DNA from: Eledone cirrhosa
Lineage: Eukaryota
NCBI GenBank assembly: GCA_964016885.1
Contig: OZ024746.1
Location: 26,040,001 to 26,104,000, forward strand
Direction of reading: 5' to 3'
DNA length: 64,000 nucleotides
Positions 13,390-26,985 of the stretch are shown piece by piece. The position numbers and the translations under genes were made by a program. Below the pieces are notes generated by a model. The model ran no database searches and was not told the origin of the DNA. It saw nothing but the letters and a program-made list of their open reading frames with translations. How positions within the stretch are numbered: position 1 is the first letter of the stretch; each line of letters begins with the position of its first letter.

Positions 13390-13627
13390 CACACATCCTT
13401 CGTTTGCCGGCAGATCGACCTGCTCATATTGCCATGGATTGGGTACCAGAAGGTGGCAGGAGAGAACGGGGAAGACCACGAAAAACATGGCGAAACACAT
13501 TCAGGAAGGACCTGCGGGAGATGGGAATTACCTGGAGAGGTGCTAGAAGGGCCACCAGTGACAGGATCAAGTGGAGGAAGCTCGTCGCCCAATGTTCCAC
13601 AAGGGACTGGAGGAACTAAGACTAAGA
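13390..13627 (+). mobile_element. 5'-truncated RTE-clade LINE 3' end (distinct family)
   Basis: HILRLPADR...[14 protein letters not shown]...DRIKWRKLV* followed by a CTAAGA repeat tail. Confidence 0.85.
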
Positions 13628-14020
13628 CACCCCACACAGGCTCCTCCCCACAACAGCCACACAAATACGTATAGATATAAATATAAAGTTATCTGTCTGT
13701 GTGTGTATATATATATATATATAATCAACTATATGTGTGTGTGTGTGTATGACAGCCTACTTTGTACTGGTGACGTGGTTGGTGTTAGGAAAGGAATCCA
13801 GCTGTAGAAAGCTTACCAAACAAGGGGTTATGAAGACCCTTCAGTTTATGTCAAGACACAACAACTATTCCTCTGCACTCAATTTGACCGTAGTGAGCTA
13901 CAGGCCTCTCAATCTGTCTGGGAGGTCAGTAGCCCACCTTCAGTAGTGATTTGGTCTATGTACACCCATCCAACCCTTGTTAGAAGAGAAGGCAGACATT
14001 AAATGATAATGATGGTGATG

Positions 14021-14063
<43 letters not shown>

Positions 14064-14194
14064 TCTGTATGAGCAAGACATGGTCATCGGACCTCAGCTT
14101 GCCTCAAATAGGACAACTCGTCTAACCCATGCTAGCGTGGAAAATGAACGTTAACAGTGATGATGATAAAATGACAATATGTGTTATGTGTGTA

Positions 14195-14460
14195 GGCGCA
14201 CGCATGGCTTAGTGGTTAGAGTATTGGGCTTGCAATCGAAAGGTTGTGAGTTCAATTCTCGGACCGGGTGATGTGTTGTTTCCTTGAGCAAGACACTTTA
14301 TTTCACGTTGCTCCAGTTTACTCAGCTGTAGAAATGAGTACCGGCCTGCCCGCCCAGCCAGTGGGATGGCGTTAACTTATGGCTAAAACAGCACGACGTG
14401 CTGTGACCAGCGGCGCCAATTGGCGCCTGACAGACTGGACGGTCAAGGTGATCAAGGTGA
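14195..14460 (+). mobile_element. tRNA/CORE-type SINE with a GC-rich 3' tail
   Basis: TGGCTTAGTGGTTAG A box, GAGTTCAATTC B box, CCTTGAGCAAGACACTT CORE-like motif; tail ends GGTCAAGGTGATCAAGGTGA. Confidence 0.8.
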
Positions 14461-14527
14461 TATATATATATATATATATATATAATTAATGTGTGTATCC
14501 AGTTTCGAACAGATACACCATATCCCC

Positions 14528-14876
14528 ATCATTTCATCATCATCATTTCATTTTACGTCCGCTTTTCCCTGCTTGCAAGGGTGGGACGGGAACAGATTCT
14601 GGCTTGATTTTTACAGCTGGATGCCCTTCCTAACACCAATCTCATTTACAGTGAGTGCTGGGTGCTTTTTTTGCCGTGACACCTCCACGACCACTTTGCA
14701 GTGGAATGATAGGGACCCCAGTCCCTATCATCTCATTTCTACAGCTGAGGAAACTGGAGCAATGTGAAATAAAGGGTCTTGCTCAAGGAAACAACATATC
14801 ACCCGGTCTGAGAATTGAACTCACAACCTTTCGATTGCAAGGCCAATGCTCTAACCACTAAGCCATGTGCCTCCAT
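14528..14876 (-). mobile_element. SINE family B (tRNA + CORE head, RTE-derived bipartite tail)
   Basis: Near-identical reverse complement of 19376-19716; tail matches LINE 3' end 33240-33292. Confidence 0.9.
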
Positions 14877-14982
14877 TTGTTGTAAAAAGTGAATAAAAGG
14901 GTTGGTGTCAAGAAGGGCAACCAGCTGTAAAACATTACCTCAATTACCAGCATGGAGAAGTAGATGTAAAATAGATGATGAT

Positions 14983-14984
<2 letters not shown>

Positions 14985-15077
<93 letters not shown>
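14985..15077. repeat. (GT)n microsatellite
   Basis: Read directly. Confidence 0.95.
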
Positions 15078-15081
<4 letters not shown>

Positions 15082-15210
15082 TGCGTGCTAGCGTGCGTGT
15101 GGTCACCACAATTACTTTCCATGATTATTACATTTCCCCCTTCAGTTAGAACTATACGTACTTTGTTATATTCCATATAAAGACGACAACAAACAAGCAA
15201 AAGTTGTTAC

Positions 15211-15230
15211 CTCCTCTGCTGCTGTTTTGT
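15211..15230 (-). other. Candidate 20-nt microexon
   Basis: Minus strand: pyrimidine tract-TATGTACAG|ACAAAACAGCAGCAGAGGAG|GTAACA. Confidence 0.4.
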
Positions 15231-15587
15231 CTGTACATAATGAGACAGAATAGAGGTAGATAGAGAATGATATAGATAGACAGGCAGACATACATACATA
15301 TAAAGACACACACACATATATACATATATATATATATCTGTCTGCCTATATATTGATCTATCTATCTCTCTTTCACTGTCTTTACCTATCTCTCTTCTTT
15401 CTTTCTCTCTCTGTCTGCCTGCCTCGGCTTTAGGGCGCTGTATTGATTATTATTATTATTATATATATATGAGAGAGAGAGAGAGAGAAGGGGGAAGACA
15501 AATAGCTGTAGAAGAAAATGAGAAATAGATTAGTAGAGAGAAATAGAAGTGTATGAAATGTTTAAACAATTAAAAACACAAAGTTAC

Positions 15588-15651
15588 TTCCAGAGCCAAC
15601 AAGCTAATGAAGGGCTAACGAATACATGTTTTGCTAAAGGCTGGTAAATTC
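15588..15651 (-). other. Candidate 64-nt internal exon
   Basis: Minus strand: TTCTCACCTTTACAG acceptor, GAA|GTAACT donor; only one open frame (IYQPLAKHVFVSPSLACWLW). Confidence 0.35.
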
Positions 15652-15729
15652 CTGTAAAGGTGAGAATGATAACGATATTTCCCCACTGAACTCGGTGTAA
15701 AAGATGTAAGGAATGAGTTGAAAAATTAA

Positions 15730-16243
15730 CCCTTTCGTTACCACATTGCTATTTCATGAGGGATTTACTCAAATTATTAATTACTTCATTATTAACATAG
15801 CCACCTAACAAATAGTTCAGAATAAAATAATGTTGGAAGATTTTAATTTAAATGCATGTATATATGAACCAGTAACCTCCGATGGTGTCCTGGGAGTGCT
15901 GTTGTGATATATGGCATGTTTTGAGCACACTTTAAACCTGGTGAAGCCTATCTCTTCTCCATGTTTAATCACAGCTGATTTCTTCTACTGAAGGAGAGAG
16001 AGGAAGTGAGAAAGAGCTAGAGAAGAAAAATCAACCTCAGTACTGGAATGGTACTTTTTTTGATCAGCTTTGAAAGGATGATTTTGAACTCAGAGAGTTC
16101 AGAAAAATGGAATGATTACTGCAGAGTAATGGTCTAACAATTCTGACAATTCACCATTCCTTTTATTTTATAAAGAAAACCTTTAAAATGGGTGATTTTG
16201 TTTCATAGAACCAGAGGTGTTTGGCCAGTTAGTATCAAAAGGG
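15730..16243. mobile_element. piggyBac-like MITE with TTAA TSD; related ends at ~1432, 18763, 23908, 45328, 59902, 60397
   Basis: TTAA-CCCTTTCGTTACC ... GTATCAAAAGGG-TTAA; contains a decayed family A SINE. Confidence 0.65.
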
Positions 16244-16739
16244 TTAAGCAATATGCCATGAATGTTTAAACTACAGATACATTACTTTAAAAGTACATGC
16301 ATAGATGTATGATTAAGAACAGTGCAACCATGTAGATTCAGTTTCAATCCAACTGCAAGGCACCTTGGGCAAGTGAATTCTACTAGAGCCTTCAGACAAT
16401 GAATGCCTTTGAGTGGAATTAGTAAATAAAAACTGCAGAAGCCCATCATATATATATATATATGCAAGCATGGAAAAACGTACACAAAAATGCTAATATA
16501 TATGTTTATGCATTTGTTTTGCAAGATTCTTTATGTGAAATCCTGTGTTGAAACCAATGTTGTTATATTTGGGGATTGCCAATAAAAGGAAACAATGCAC
16601 CATATGATTTTCACATAATCTTTTTATTGAAAGGATGAAAGACAAAGTTGACCTGAATGGGATTTGAACTCAGAGCTCAGAGATCCAGAATGAATATAAC
16701 AATACATTCTATCCAATTCTCTGCCAATCCCACCTAGAA

Positions 16740-17130
16740 AATATCTTTGATGACAAACACAAGATATACAGGGATTTCACTATCCAAACATACTGTGGAC
16801 TTGAATACAACAGATTTGATATTTTAGTTATATTTTAGAAATAGCTTTGAATGTTAGTTTATTGATATTACCATCCCAAGAGACCACAACACAGCCTTGA
16901 AAGAAACTGAAAAGATAACAAAATATACTGACTTAAAGATTGAAATGGCATGAATGTGGTCAATACAAAATCAAGATGATTCTAGTTGTCATTGAAGCTT
17001 TGTGCTTGATACCATTAAAACTGTGAAGGTATCTTAGGGCAAATAAACCTCGAATCACACTTTGCTCTCCTAAAAAAACTGCTCTGGTGGACACTGCCCA
17101 TATATTCAGGTAAGTACTGTCTATCTAAGG
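16740..17130 (+). mobile_element. Fossil R4/Dong-clade non-LTR element, RLE endonuclease region
   Basis: With stops and frameshifts it reads DFTIQT..NRFDILV..IDITIPRDHN...KETEKITKYTDLKIE...VVIEAL...TAHI, matching the R4 RLE pattern DFxIQT/RPDI/KExEKxxKYxDL. Confidence 0.7.
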
Positions 17131-17612
17131 TTGGAACTCAACAGGCAGTAGAAGATCCTGTAATTATCATATTCACTGGGCAAACTATATATAATGATAA
17201 TTTTATTTTGTAAGGTTTCTGTAGCAATTGTTTGCAAGGACATAAACAAATATTAAATGTAATTACACCCACAAACATATATCCAACAGACTTCTACATA
17301 ATTTCTATCAAACAAATTTCACTCATAAGACATTGAGCAACCCAAGGTATCACGCAGTGGGACTGAACTTGAAACCGTGTGGTTGCAAAGCAAACTCCTT
17401 AATAGCCACACAACCTGTCTGTGCCTATAAATAATATAATAGAAACGCATCATTTATCTGATATTTGTTATCTTTTCTCTGCAAATAATATCAAATTATA
17501 CCATGACAAGTTTCCGAGTAAACACAGAGCAGCTAAACAAGCTCTTAGTACTTGGAGAAAGATAGAGAGATAAACCTAGTAGAGGGCAGCTAAACAACTT
17601 TAGTACATAGTG

Positions 17613-17812
17613 AGAGATATAGATGAAGCTAATTCATAGCTAAGCAACCTTAGTATTTGGATAGTTAGATAAAGTAAAAGAAACATCAATATATATATAT
17701 ATATATGTGTGTGTGTAATATTTATGGGGAGAGATATAGATGAAGCTAATACATAGCTAAGCAACCTTAGTATTTGGATAGTTAGATAAAGTAAAAGAAA
17801 CATCAATATATA
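17613..17812. repeat. Local ~85-bp direct duplication separated by (TA)/(TG)
   Basis: GAGAGATATAGATGAAGCTAAT..CATAGCTAAGCAACCTTAGTATTTGG... occurs twice. Confidence 0.85.
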
Positions 17813-18337
17813 TAATATTTATTGAATGATATTTTCAGATACAAATAGCACAAACAGCAGAAAACTTTCCCAAATATTTCAACTTTGATGTTTAATCATT
17901 CAATTGTAAATAAATTGAAATCAAAGATACACTTTTGACTTGTAACCCGTAAAAGGCAATTCATCGTTGGAGTTTATCAAGATTATATTTATTAAATATG
18001 CTTCAATTCATAAAAACTGAAATTTGGCACAGTTTCATAATAACAGATATTGATACAGAGCACACTTTTGCAAGGCAATCAGTCTTTTTGCTTTGTCTCA
18101 GTTTCCATTTACTTTTGATTATTTATAAGTCTGTGGCCAAGAGGTTGGTATTAGGCTTAAGATAATAAGGTTGGGAGTTAAATTTATATACTTGGTAGTG
18201 TGTTGAGTTCTTGAGCAAGACACTTCATTTCATGTTGCTTCCATTCACTCAACTGAAAATGAGTACCAACAACAGCTGGGAATTAACTATGATCAACTAG
18301 GGAGGTGGAAGCTTTATACTCAGTCATTGAAACTGGG

Positions 18338-18596
18338 ACGTGGGCTTACAATCATAATGTCATGGGTTTAATTCCTGGACCAAGTTGTATGTCGTGTTCT
18401 TGAGCAAAACACTTCATTTCAGGCTCCAATATAATCAGCTGAAAATGAGTATCAGCAATAGCTGGGGGTTTAACTCTTCAATGGACTGGCATCCTGTCCA
18501 GAGGGGAGTCTTGTACTGTCAGTCGCTTAATGCCATGGAAACCAGAATAAGCACTGGCCTGATGAGCCTCCAGGCTTGAGACAGACTTTTTTTTTT
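18338..18596 (+). mobile_element. CORE-headed SINE with a Nin/Deu-like 3' domain; related partial copies ~18135-18335 and ~22972-23165
   Basis: ATGGACTGGCATCCTGTCCAGAGGGGAG...GTCGCTTAATGCCATGGAAACC...GGCCTGATGAGCC resembles the Nin domain as recalled from memory. Confidence 0.55.
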
Positions 18597-19375
18597 AGAA
18601 ACTGGGATGATCTTCAGACTTATCCAACCCATGCAAACATGGAAAAACAGATGTAAAATGATAACTCATAATTTTATTTATTGTGAGAAACATTGAGTAA
18701 AGTCTTGACATTGAATTAGAAATCAATTGCTACAACTTTTCTCTTTTCTTTATCCTGCTACATTAACCCTTTTCTTACCATATTTCTAATGAAATACTGG
18801 GCCAATATGTTTCAATTAATTGTGAAAATAGTTTCAAAAAATTAGGAAGGATTTAATAATATAACCAATGTTTTCATTTTTAAGCTAATGTTTGAATTTA
18901 TGACTGGCAGGTAGTATCCGTAATGGAAACGTTGAGAGAGAGAGAGAAGGGGGGGGGGGGGCAATGTGCGATGTCCTTGAGCAAGACACTTTATTTCACA
19001 TTGATCTTTCTGCCAGGAGTTGCGACCAGTAGATAGTATCAGCAATGGAAAGATCAATTTGACGAGTTCCACCCAACTCGGTAAGCGAATGAAGTCGGAT
19101 TTTATCGATCGATGGATATATACACAAATACCTACACAATAAAGAAAATCCTCATCATCACATTTTTTCATTCAGGTTCCATCATCACATTTTTCATTCA
19201 TGGGTTGCCCAGATTGTGACATTGTAAGACTAGAGAGCTCTGATGATCACATCATGATTTCTACAGTTGGATGCCTGTCCTAATGTCAAGCCTATTACAG
19301 AATGAACTGGGTGCATTTCATCATCGCACCAGCACAACAACTTTACAGAGTGTACTGGATGCATTTTATCGTGAT

Positions 19376-19716
19376 ATGGAGGCACATGGCTTAGTGGTTA
19401 GAGCATTGGCCTTGCAATCGAAAGGTTGTGAGTTCAATTCTCAGACCGGGTGATGTGTTGTTTCCTTGAGCAAGACACTTTATTTCACATTGCTCCAGTT
19501 TACTCAGCTGTAGAAATTAGATGTTAGGGACTGGGGTCTATATCATTCCACTGCAAAGTGGTCGTGGAGGTGCCACGGCAAAAAAGCACCCAGCACTCAC
19601 TGTAAATGAGGTTGGTGTTAGGAAGGGCATCCAGCTGTAGAAATCAAGCCAGAATCAGTTCCCCGTCCCACCCTTGCAAGCAGGGAAAAAGCGGACGTAA
19701 AATGAAATGATGATGA
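19376..19716 (+). mobile_element. Full-length SINE family B
   Basis: A/B boxes, CORE-like motif, RTE 5'UTR-like segment, RTE 3' tail, (ATG)n. Confidence 0.9.
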
Positions 19717-19914
19717 GCATTACCACTTTTCAGAATGAACTGGGATCTATCTATCTATCTATATATATATATATACATACATACACACACATGCATAGAT
19801 GATGATGCATATATGCATATATATATATACATATGTGCATATTATATATTTAGATACATATGTGCATATTATATATATCGATATATATATGCATATTATT
19901 ATATTTGGGGAGGG

Positions 19915-19957
<43 letters not shown>

Positions 19958-19983
19958 TGATGATACATATAAGCATATATATA

Positions 19984-20057
19984 CTGAATAAGACCCGTCC
20001 CACCCTTGCAAGCAGGGAAAAGCGGACGTAAAATGATGATGATGATGATGATGATGA
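19984..20057 (+). mobile_element. Extremely 5'-truncated copy of the intact RTE LINE
   Basis: CTGAATAAGACCCGTCCCACCCTTGCAAGCAGGGAAAAGCGGACGTAAAATGATG identical to ~33230-33290. Confidence 0.9.
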
Positions 20058-20479
20058 TACATATATGCATATTAGATAGATATATTAAATATTGGGTGCA
20101 CAGTAGCAAAGTAAATAAGTGGTAAAATAAAGAAAAAAAGAGAAACATTTTTTTTTTTTACCTGAAAGTAATCAATATGCTGTCCCTGTGCTGATATATA
20201 CTCCATATCGTGTATACACACATATACACAATATATATATATATAAATATATATATAAATAATGAGTTTTAACAATTATCAGTACAGATACACAGATACC
20301 AACGTATACACACAGACATAGAGATACAGGCAAACACAAACACCCACATAAACAGACAGGCAGAGACACACTCAAATATACAATATGATGTTTTTCATTT
20401 TATTTATCTTTACGTCAGTCCTGATCAAATATTACAGCTGTGATAATCTGTTTGCATTTTACAGATGAAGAATCAAGAT

Positions 20480-20745
20480 GTTGTATAGGAGAGAAGATTG
20501 CACTGGTTTAGACATGTGATATGTATGGATAATGATCATTGGGTGTAGAAGTGACGGAATTTTCAAGTGGAAGGAAACTGTAGAAGAGGAAAACCAAGAA
20601 AGATGTGGGTAGAAGCTGTGAATGCTGATTTAAAAAAAAACTACACTTCATGAAAGAGATGACAATAGAGAGAAACAAGTGGAGAGAGTTGTATTAGAGA
20701 GGGTTGGTTTAATATATGCAAACATAGAGAAACAGCCATGGAAAC
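20480..20745 (+). mobile_element. Decayed RTE 3' fragment
   Basis: ERRLHWFRHVICMDND...RRGKPRKMWVE..NAD. Confidence 0.7.
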
Positions 20746-20783
20746 AATGCTGAGGGCATATTGTAGTAGAGTATTTAAAACTA

Positions 20784-20979
20784 CAAACGTAGGCTGAAAA
20801 GTTCATAGGCTGGCTATGAAGAAGTGATGCTAGAGCTGTGAAATCTTGCAGGCATCAATTTCAGTTCTTCTTAATAACTGTATTGTTTCTTTCCAGGGAC
20901 TATGTCGAAAAATAAACCCCATTTGGTCATTCCATGAGAGTATCTTGGTCAGCCTATGAACTTTTCAGCCAACACTTGT
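20784..20979. mobile_element. Tc1/mariner-type MITE (~195 bp)
   Basis: Terminal inverted repeats GGCTGAAAAGTTCATAGGCTG / CAGCCTATGAACTTTTCAGCC; TA at or near both ends. Confidence 0.75.
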
Positions 20980-21119
20980 GTACATTATCTAATGTTTTTC
21001 CTTTTCAATAAGGTAGGGTGTGATTTGAGGGAGATTAGGCTGTTATTTCTAGCAGGTCAAATGTCCATACAATGGATCCTTCAGGTTTCTATAAAAGCTT
21101 TTTTTTTTTTTAGGAACAT

Positions 21120-21275
21120 GTAGGCGCCACGGAAAAAAGCACCCAGCACTCACTGTAAATGAGGTTGGTGTTAGGAAGGGCATTTAGTTGTAGAAATTAA
21201 GCCAGAATCAGTTCCCGTCTCACCCTTGCAAGCAGGGAAAAGCGAACGTAAAATGATGATGATGATGATGATGAT
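21120..21275 (+). mobile_element. Tail-only copy of the family B / RTE bipartite unit
   Basis: AAAAGCACCCAGCACTCACTGTAAATGAGG...GCAGGGAAAAGCGAACGTAAAATGATG. Confidence 0.85.
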
Positions 21276-21481
21276 CTCTACAAAATGAGAATATTTTTAG
21301 TCTTTCAATTGGTACAGAATGTCTCTCAAACTGTTACTAAGTGTGGCATTAGCTCTAATTCTTTTGATACCAAACCACCTGAGATTGCTCCTGTTTGTTT
21401 TCAAGTGCTTGCTTTTATCTAAAAATTTTCCATCATAATTTCATGTAAAAACCTTTGTTAAATAAACACCAACTAAATAAT

Positions 21482-21690
21482 GATTTCTAATTTAGGCACA
21501 AGGCCAGCAATTTTAGAAGGGTAAAGATGATTATACTGACCCCAGTTCTTGACTGGTACTATATTTTACTCCAGAAGGATGAAAGGCAAAATTGACCATG
21601 GCAGGATTTGAACTCAGAACTTAAAGAGACAAAAGAAATAATGCAAGGCATTTTGTCTGATGCTCTAACAATTTTGCCAAATCCATGACA
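21482..21690 (-). mobile_element. SINE family A, degenerate
   Basis: Similar to the 9373-11115 units. Confidence 0.7.
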
Positions 21691-22705
21691 TAGTTATATT
21701 ACGAAATCCCTCTAAATATTTATCAAAGTTATTTGAAAACAATAAACAGTGTTTTCCATTCAAAATAATTTTTATGTAAAAACTTTTGTTAAGATTATTC
21801 CAAACTTCAACTTAAAGGGAAACCAAACACTCATACACATACATACAACATCGTATGTATCTGGTTTAGAATAGACACAGCACATCTCTGTGTATCATAT
21901 GAGGTGAGTAAAAGGGTTGGTATTAAAACATTGTCTCAAAAAGGACTTTATGATGTGTTTGATTAAGTCAATGCACCCCACCCCCATACTACGGAAGGTT
22001 AACCCTTACTTTAGCAGGAAAAATGGCCCAAAATGTTTTCTACACACACACACACACGCACACTCAGAAATCCAACATACACACACGCATAGAGGTCCAA
22101 CATCCACATACACACAGGTACAACACAGAGAGAGGTTCAACAGACCCCCCCACACACAGAAGTCCAACAGACACGGAAGTCAGACACAGAGACACACACA
22201 CATACAGTGTGTGATAGATAGATAGATAGATGATGGATGGATAGATAGGAATATATAGTGTGTGATAGATAGATGATGGATGGATAGATAGATAGATGAG
22301 GAGAGAGAGAGAGAGTACATAATCTGTATATATATATATATATGAACATTTCTTACTGAAATAATCATTAAAAAAGTTAATTTGTTACAACGATGTATGT
22401 ATTCTTATGAAATATTTGACAAAATAATTAGTAATAAAATTATAGTGTAAACCCTAAATGCTGGTGTTATTTAGCTACTGTATCTTGTAATGAAGGTGTG
22501 AGATGTATTGAATGATATACCATAAGTACTCAAATATAAGCCGACATTTTATGTCTGAGAAATGGGCAAAAATCCAAACCTCATTTATAAGCTGATGCAG
22601 TTAATCAACACATTGTTTAGATGGTGTATATAAGCCGACCATCCCTCACCATTTTACTATCGATTTTTTTTGGTCACATATTCCTCAGCTTGTATTCTAC
22701 TATAT

Positions 22706-22741
<36 letters not shown>

Positions 22742-24327
22742 ATATATGGAACAGTATATAATATCTATCTAGGGTGGGTAAAATTCCCCGAGATAGTATG
22801 TAATAAACAATATATATTATACACCGAGACTGTATGTAAGCGAGATAACAGACCCCCTAACCTGTCTGGGAGGTCAGTTGCCCCCTTTCAGTACTGATTT
22901 ATGTAGACCTGTCCAACCCTTGTAAGCAGGGAAAGCCGACGTTAAAGTGACAATGATGGTGATGAAATATGAAGGTGCATGGCATAGTGGTCAGAGTATT
23001 GGATATATAACCATAAGGTCATGGGTTCAATTCCTGGTCTGAGCAAAGGTGTGTTCTTGAGCAAGACACTTCATTTAACTATGTTCCACTCCACTCAGGT
23101 AAAAATAGAATGAGTACCAGCAGCAAATACTACAGGGGTTTAACCCCTCTAATGGACTGGTACCTGATACTTTTCATTATAGGACCAGGGCCCTTAAAAT
23201 TAAAACACTTCAGAAACCTCATACGAGACCAGCTAAACTTACATAGGTGCAGGCTGTAACAGTAATAAGATTATGGGACTGAAGGGGGGGGGGGGGGGGG
23301 GTATATGAGATGCGATTTCATAGGAAATCAGCTTTCACCTGTAACAACATGTAACAGAGCATTGTTTTAGTAGAAACAATAAAGTGTCATATATAATACT
23401 TTGGACTATTTAGCCAAGACAGGGTTCAAATCACAGTGAGTCAAACTTCAACTTTCATTTGTCCATGGTCAATGAAATATAATGCCTATCAAGTATGGAG
23501 GTGTGGTGTGTGATTTAATCAACTATACCAGTCATGGGCAAACTGCAAGTGGCCCATTTGGCTTTCTTAATGGAACGCCTAATTTAAAAATTGCTTTGAA
23601 TTTTTTTAGTAATGCGGCCGTCCCTATAATGAGCCACATCCTGTGTGGCCTACTGATTGAAAAAAGTTGCCCATGCCTCAACTATACTCTCTCCTGAAAA
23701 TCTGAGACCCTGTAACCCATGTTAGAAATAAGTATTATATATATCATTGATTACCATAGTGGGAGCTACTGCCCCACCCCAGGGGCACTGCATGATTATT
23801 TGGAAGGAAACAGGATGGTGGGGGTGGGTTATTGTAAGACAATGAGTGGTGAGGGAGAAATGGTGTAATGCTTATAAAACTGTTACCTTTAGTTATTCAA
23901 TAAAAGCTTAACTCTTTTGGTACCAACCCCGCTAAAACCAGCTTGATTCTATGAAACAAAACCATCAATTTTAATGATTTCTCTTTAATTTAAAATCTTC
24001 CATCATAATTTTATATATAAGAGCCATTGATATGTTAAATAACTATCTTAATACTGAAATAATTCATAATTTTAGTAAATGCTTCAAAATCCTTCATGAA
24101 TTAATTAAAATGGAGTGTGTTTCATTAGAAATATGGCGATGTAATAATTAATTAAAATAAAAAAAAAGAAATTAAAAAAAAATTTTTTTTTTTAAATTTC
24201 AAAATTTAATTCTCAATGATTAATAAGTATTTTATCAACTTTTCAGAGGGAGGTGAAATATATTATCTAAAAAGGATATGTTAGTCCCAAATGTTAGGGA
24301 ACTTCTGATATAATTGTTTACTTTTTC

Positions 24328-24377
<50 letters not shown>

Positions 24378-24867
24378 CCCCCCCCACCCCCAATATATAC
24401 ACACTTCAACAACATTCTAATAAATATTGCCTATTCAGGTAATCAAATACATTTTTTTTTTTGGAGAACACCCTATATATCTGGAAAGTATGTGAGAAGT
24501 AGCTCCCAGACTGACTGGTATGTACAGACTTGGTCCGAGATGACATGACAGCATGGAAAACACCTATGTTAAATGATGCTGATCTCCTTGTGTAGAAATG
24601 TATGTGTGCGAACAACTAAAGCAGTCAATTAACTTAACCTGTTATTAAACACTCAATAAAATCAAACCCAATCTCAAACCCAAGCCTGATATAAACCAAA
24701 CACCTACACTCGACCTCATACACCTTCCATACTACACAATGACAAGCTTCAACATGCATCGTTTTCCCACATCATTCCTAAGTCTTTGTGATTTTGCATC
24801 TCTATGTTTGTCTTGCCTATACTTGAACTATAGATATTATATGTATATACATATACATACATATATA

Positions 24868-25325
<458 letters not shown>

Positions 25326-25552
25326 TTTTTTTGCGAGCTTTTTTATATGAAATCGTGTCGAAACAACTATTGTTATACTTGGGGTGCGTCATATTTGTGT
25401 AATAACAGAACACACTCACCGTTTGGTTGGTTTTTGCTTTTCACTTCTGTGTCTTTTATATCGATAGTCTAATTTACTCGGCCCTCAATGTTGCCATTGA
25501 CTGACCGACGCTCAAAAATAATACAGATACAATATAGACACAAACACATATA

Positions 25553-25615
25553 TATAGTTTATCATAAATCTTTCGTTGCACATCTACAACATCGTCAGTG
25601 GTGCTATTGTTTCCT
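25553..25615 (-). ncRNA. Type I hammerhead-ribozyme-like motif (inverted pLTR copy)
   Basis: Minus strand AUAGCACCA-CUGACGA-U-GUUGUA GAUG UGCAAC-GAAA-GAUU-UA-UGAUAAACUAU. Confidence 0.55.
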
Positions 25616-25649
25616 CCCGTTGCATTGTATGTCTACGCCATTTATATTG

Positions 25650-26771
25650 GACATTGCTGAGTTTTTGAGTATCAGGTTTGATTTAGAACGTAGCACAATG
25701 GAAAGCATCCAGCAGATAGCTAATTCCATACACCAGAGTATAACTGTAACTATCGACTTCCCTTCCAAACACCCTAACAATAGACTACCTGTATTAGACA
25801 CGGAACTCTGGATTAACACTATAGACGAGAGAGCCCAAATTCTCCACTCACACTATGCTAAACCCATGGCCTCCAAATACCTGATACTCAAAAACTCAGC
25901 AATGTCCAGTAGTGCTAAGTTTAATATTCTGATCACAGATTTGGTATGAGTGATGAAGAATGTGTCCCGCATGTGCGACCCAACAGAAATGGAAAGACAC
26001 ATCCAACACTTCATCAACCGCATGCAGTTCTCTGGCTACAACCAAAGAGACAGAGTCAGAGTATACGAAAAAGCCATGGAGAAGTATAAGACCCTCATAG
26101 AACTGGACATGAAAGGAATTTGCCCATTATACAGGAGCAAATCATGGAATAGCTTAGATAGGGCTAGACATAAGATAGGGAAAGCCACCTCATGGTACGA
26201 CAACCAGAGATACCAGAGTGTCATGTTTGTGGATGCTACCCCTGGAGGGAAATTAGCTAACCAGTGTAAAAAGGCCCTGAGAAAGACCCACTTAAAAATT
26301 AAGGTGGTAGAAAAGCCAGGAACCACCATAAAATCCCTGATCAGCAAAACCTACCCTTTTAAGAAAACCCACTGTACCAATAGGAAATGTATCATATGTA
26401 AGGTAAACCCCCGGATAAACTGTAAAACTAGAAACGTAGTCTATAGCATAAGATGTACAGAGGGTACTTGCAGAAACATGACAACAACATACATAGGTGA
26501 GACAGCTCGTAGCATAGGTGAAAGGATAGACCAACACTGGGGGGAACTAAAAGGACGAAAAAACGGGTCAGTACTATACGAACATGCCAGATAACATGAC
26601 GGTAACATAGACAACATAGAAATTAGAATAATATCTAAACATAGAAATGACCCAGCAGATAGGCAAATCAGAGAGGCCAGTGAAATAGAACTTAGAAGGC
26701 CAAGACTAAACAGAAAGAATGAGTGGAATAACAACACCCAAACAAACAACACTGACCTAAGAGAAGTATAA
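25650..26771 (+). pseudogene. Penelope-like RT (C-terminal part) + GIY-YIG endonuclease, two in-frame stops
   Basis: One frame across TGA 25947-25949 and TAA 26592-26594; CTNRKCIIC, NVVYSIRC...YIGETARSIGERIDQH, RQIREASEI..PRLNRKNEW. Confidence 0.85.
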
Positions 26772-26985
26772 ATAAGTAAATAAATACATACACAAGCACA
26801 ATAACAACAAACACATAAACACACACTAGTCACCCAATCACGAACACACATCAAACAAAACACTATACACACACGCAAACGCATGCGCAAAGAAGACAAA
26901 ATAAAATAAACAAACAAGCAAATAAATAAATAAATATATAGACAGACTAAATAAAAATGGCGCAGACATACAATGCAACGGGAGG

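Noticed and set aside
18559-18585. CTGATGAG-CCTCCAGGC as a hammerhead core
   Set aside because: No GAAA after the hairpin (it reads TTGAGAC); it is part of the SINE 3' domain
19376-19450. tRNA genes at SINE heads
   Set aside because: A and B boxes are present but no complete cloverleaf or terminator; they run directly into SINE bodies
25947-25949. In-frame TGA in the PLE as selenocysteine or readthrough
   Set aside because: CGA(Arg) to TGA decay is simpler; a second stop (TAA) follows, the copy is truncated, and no SECIS was identified
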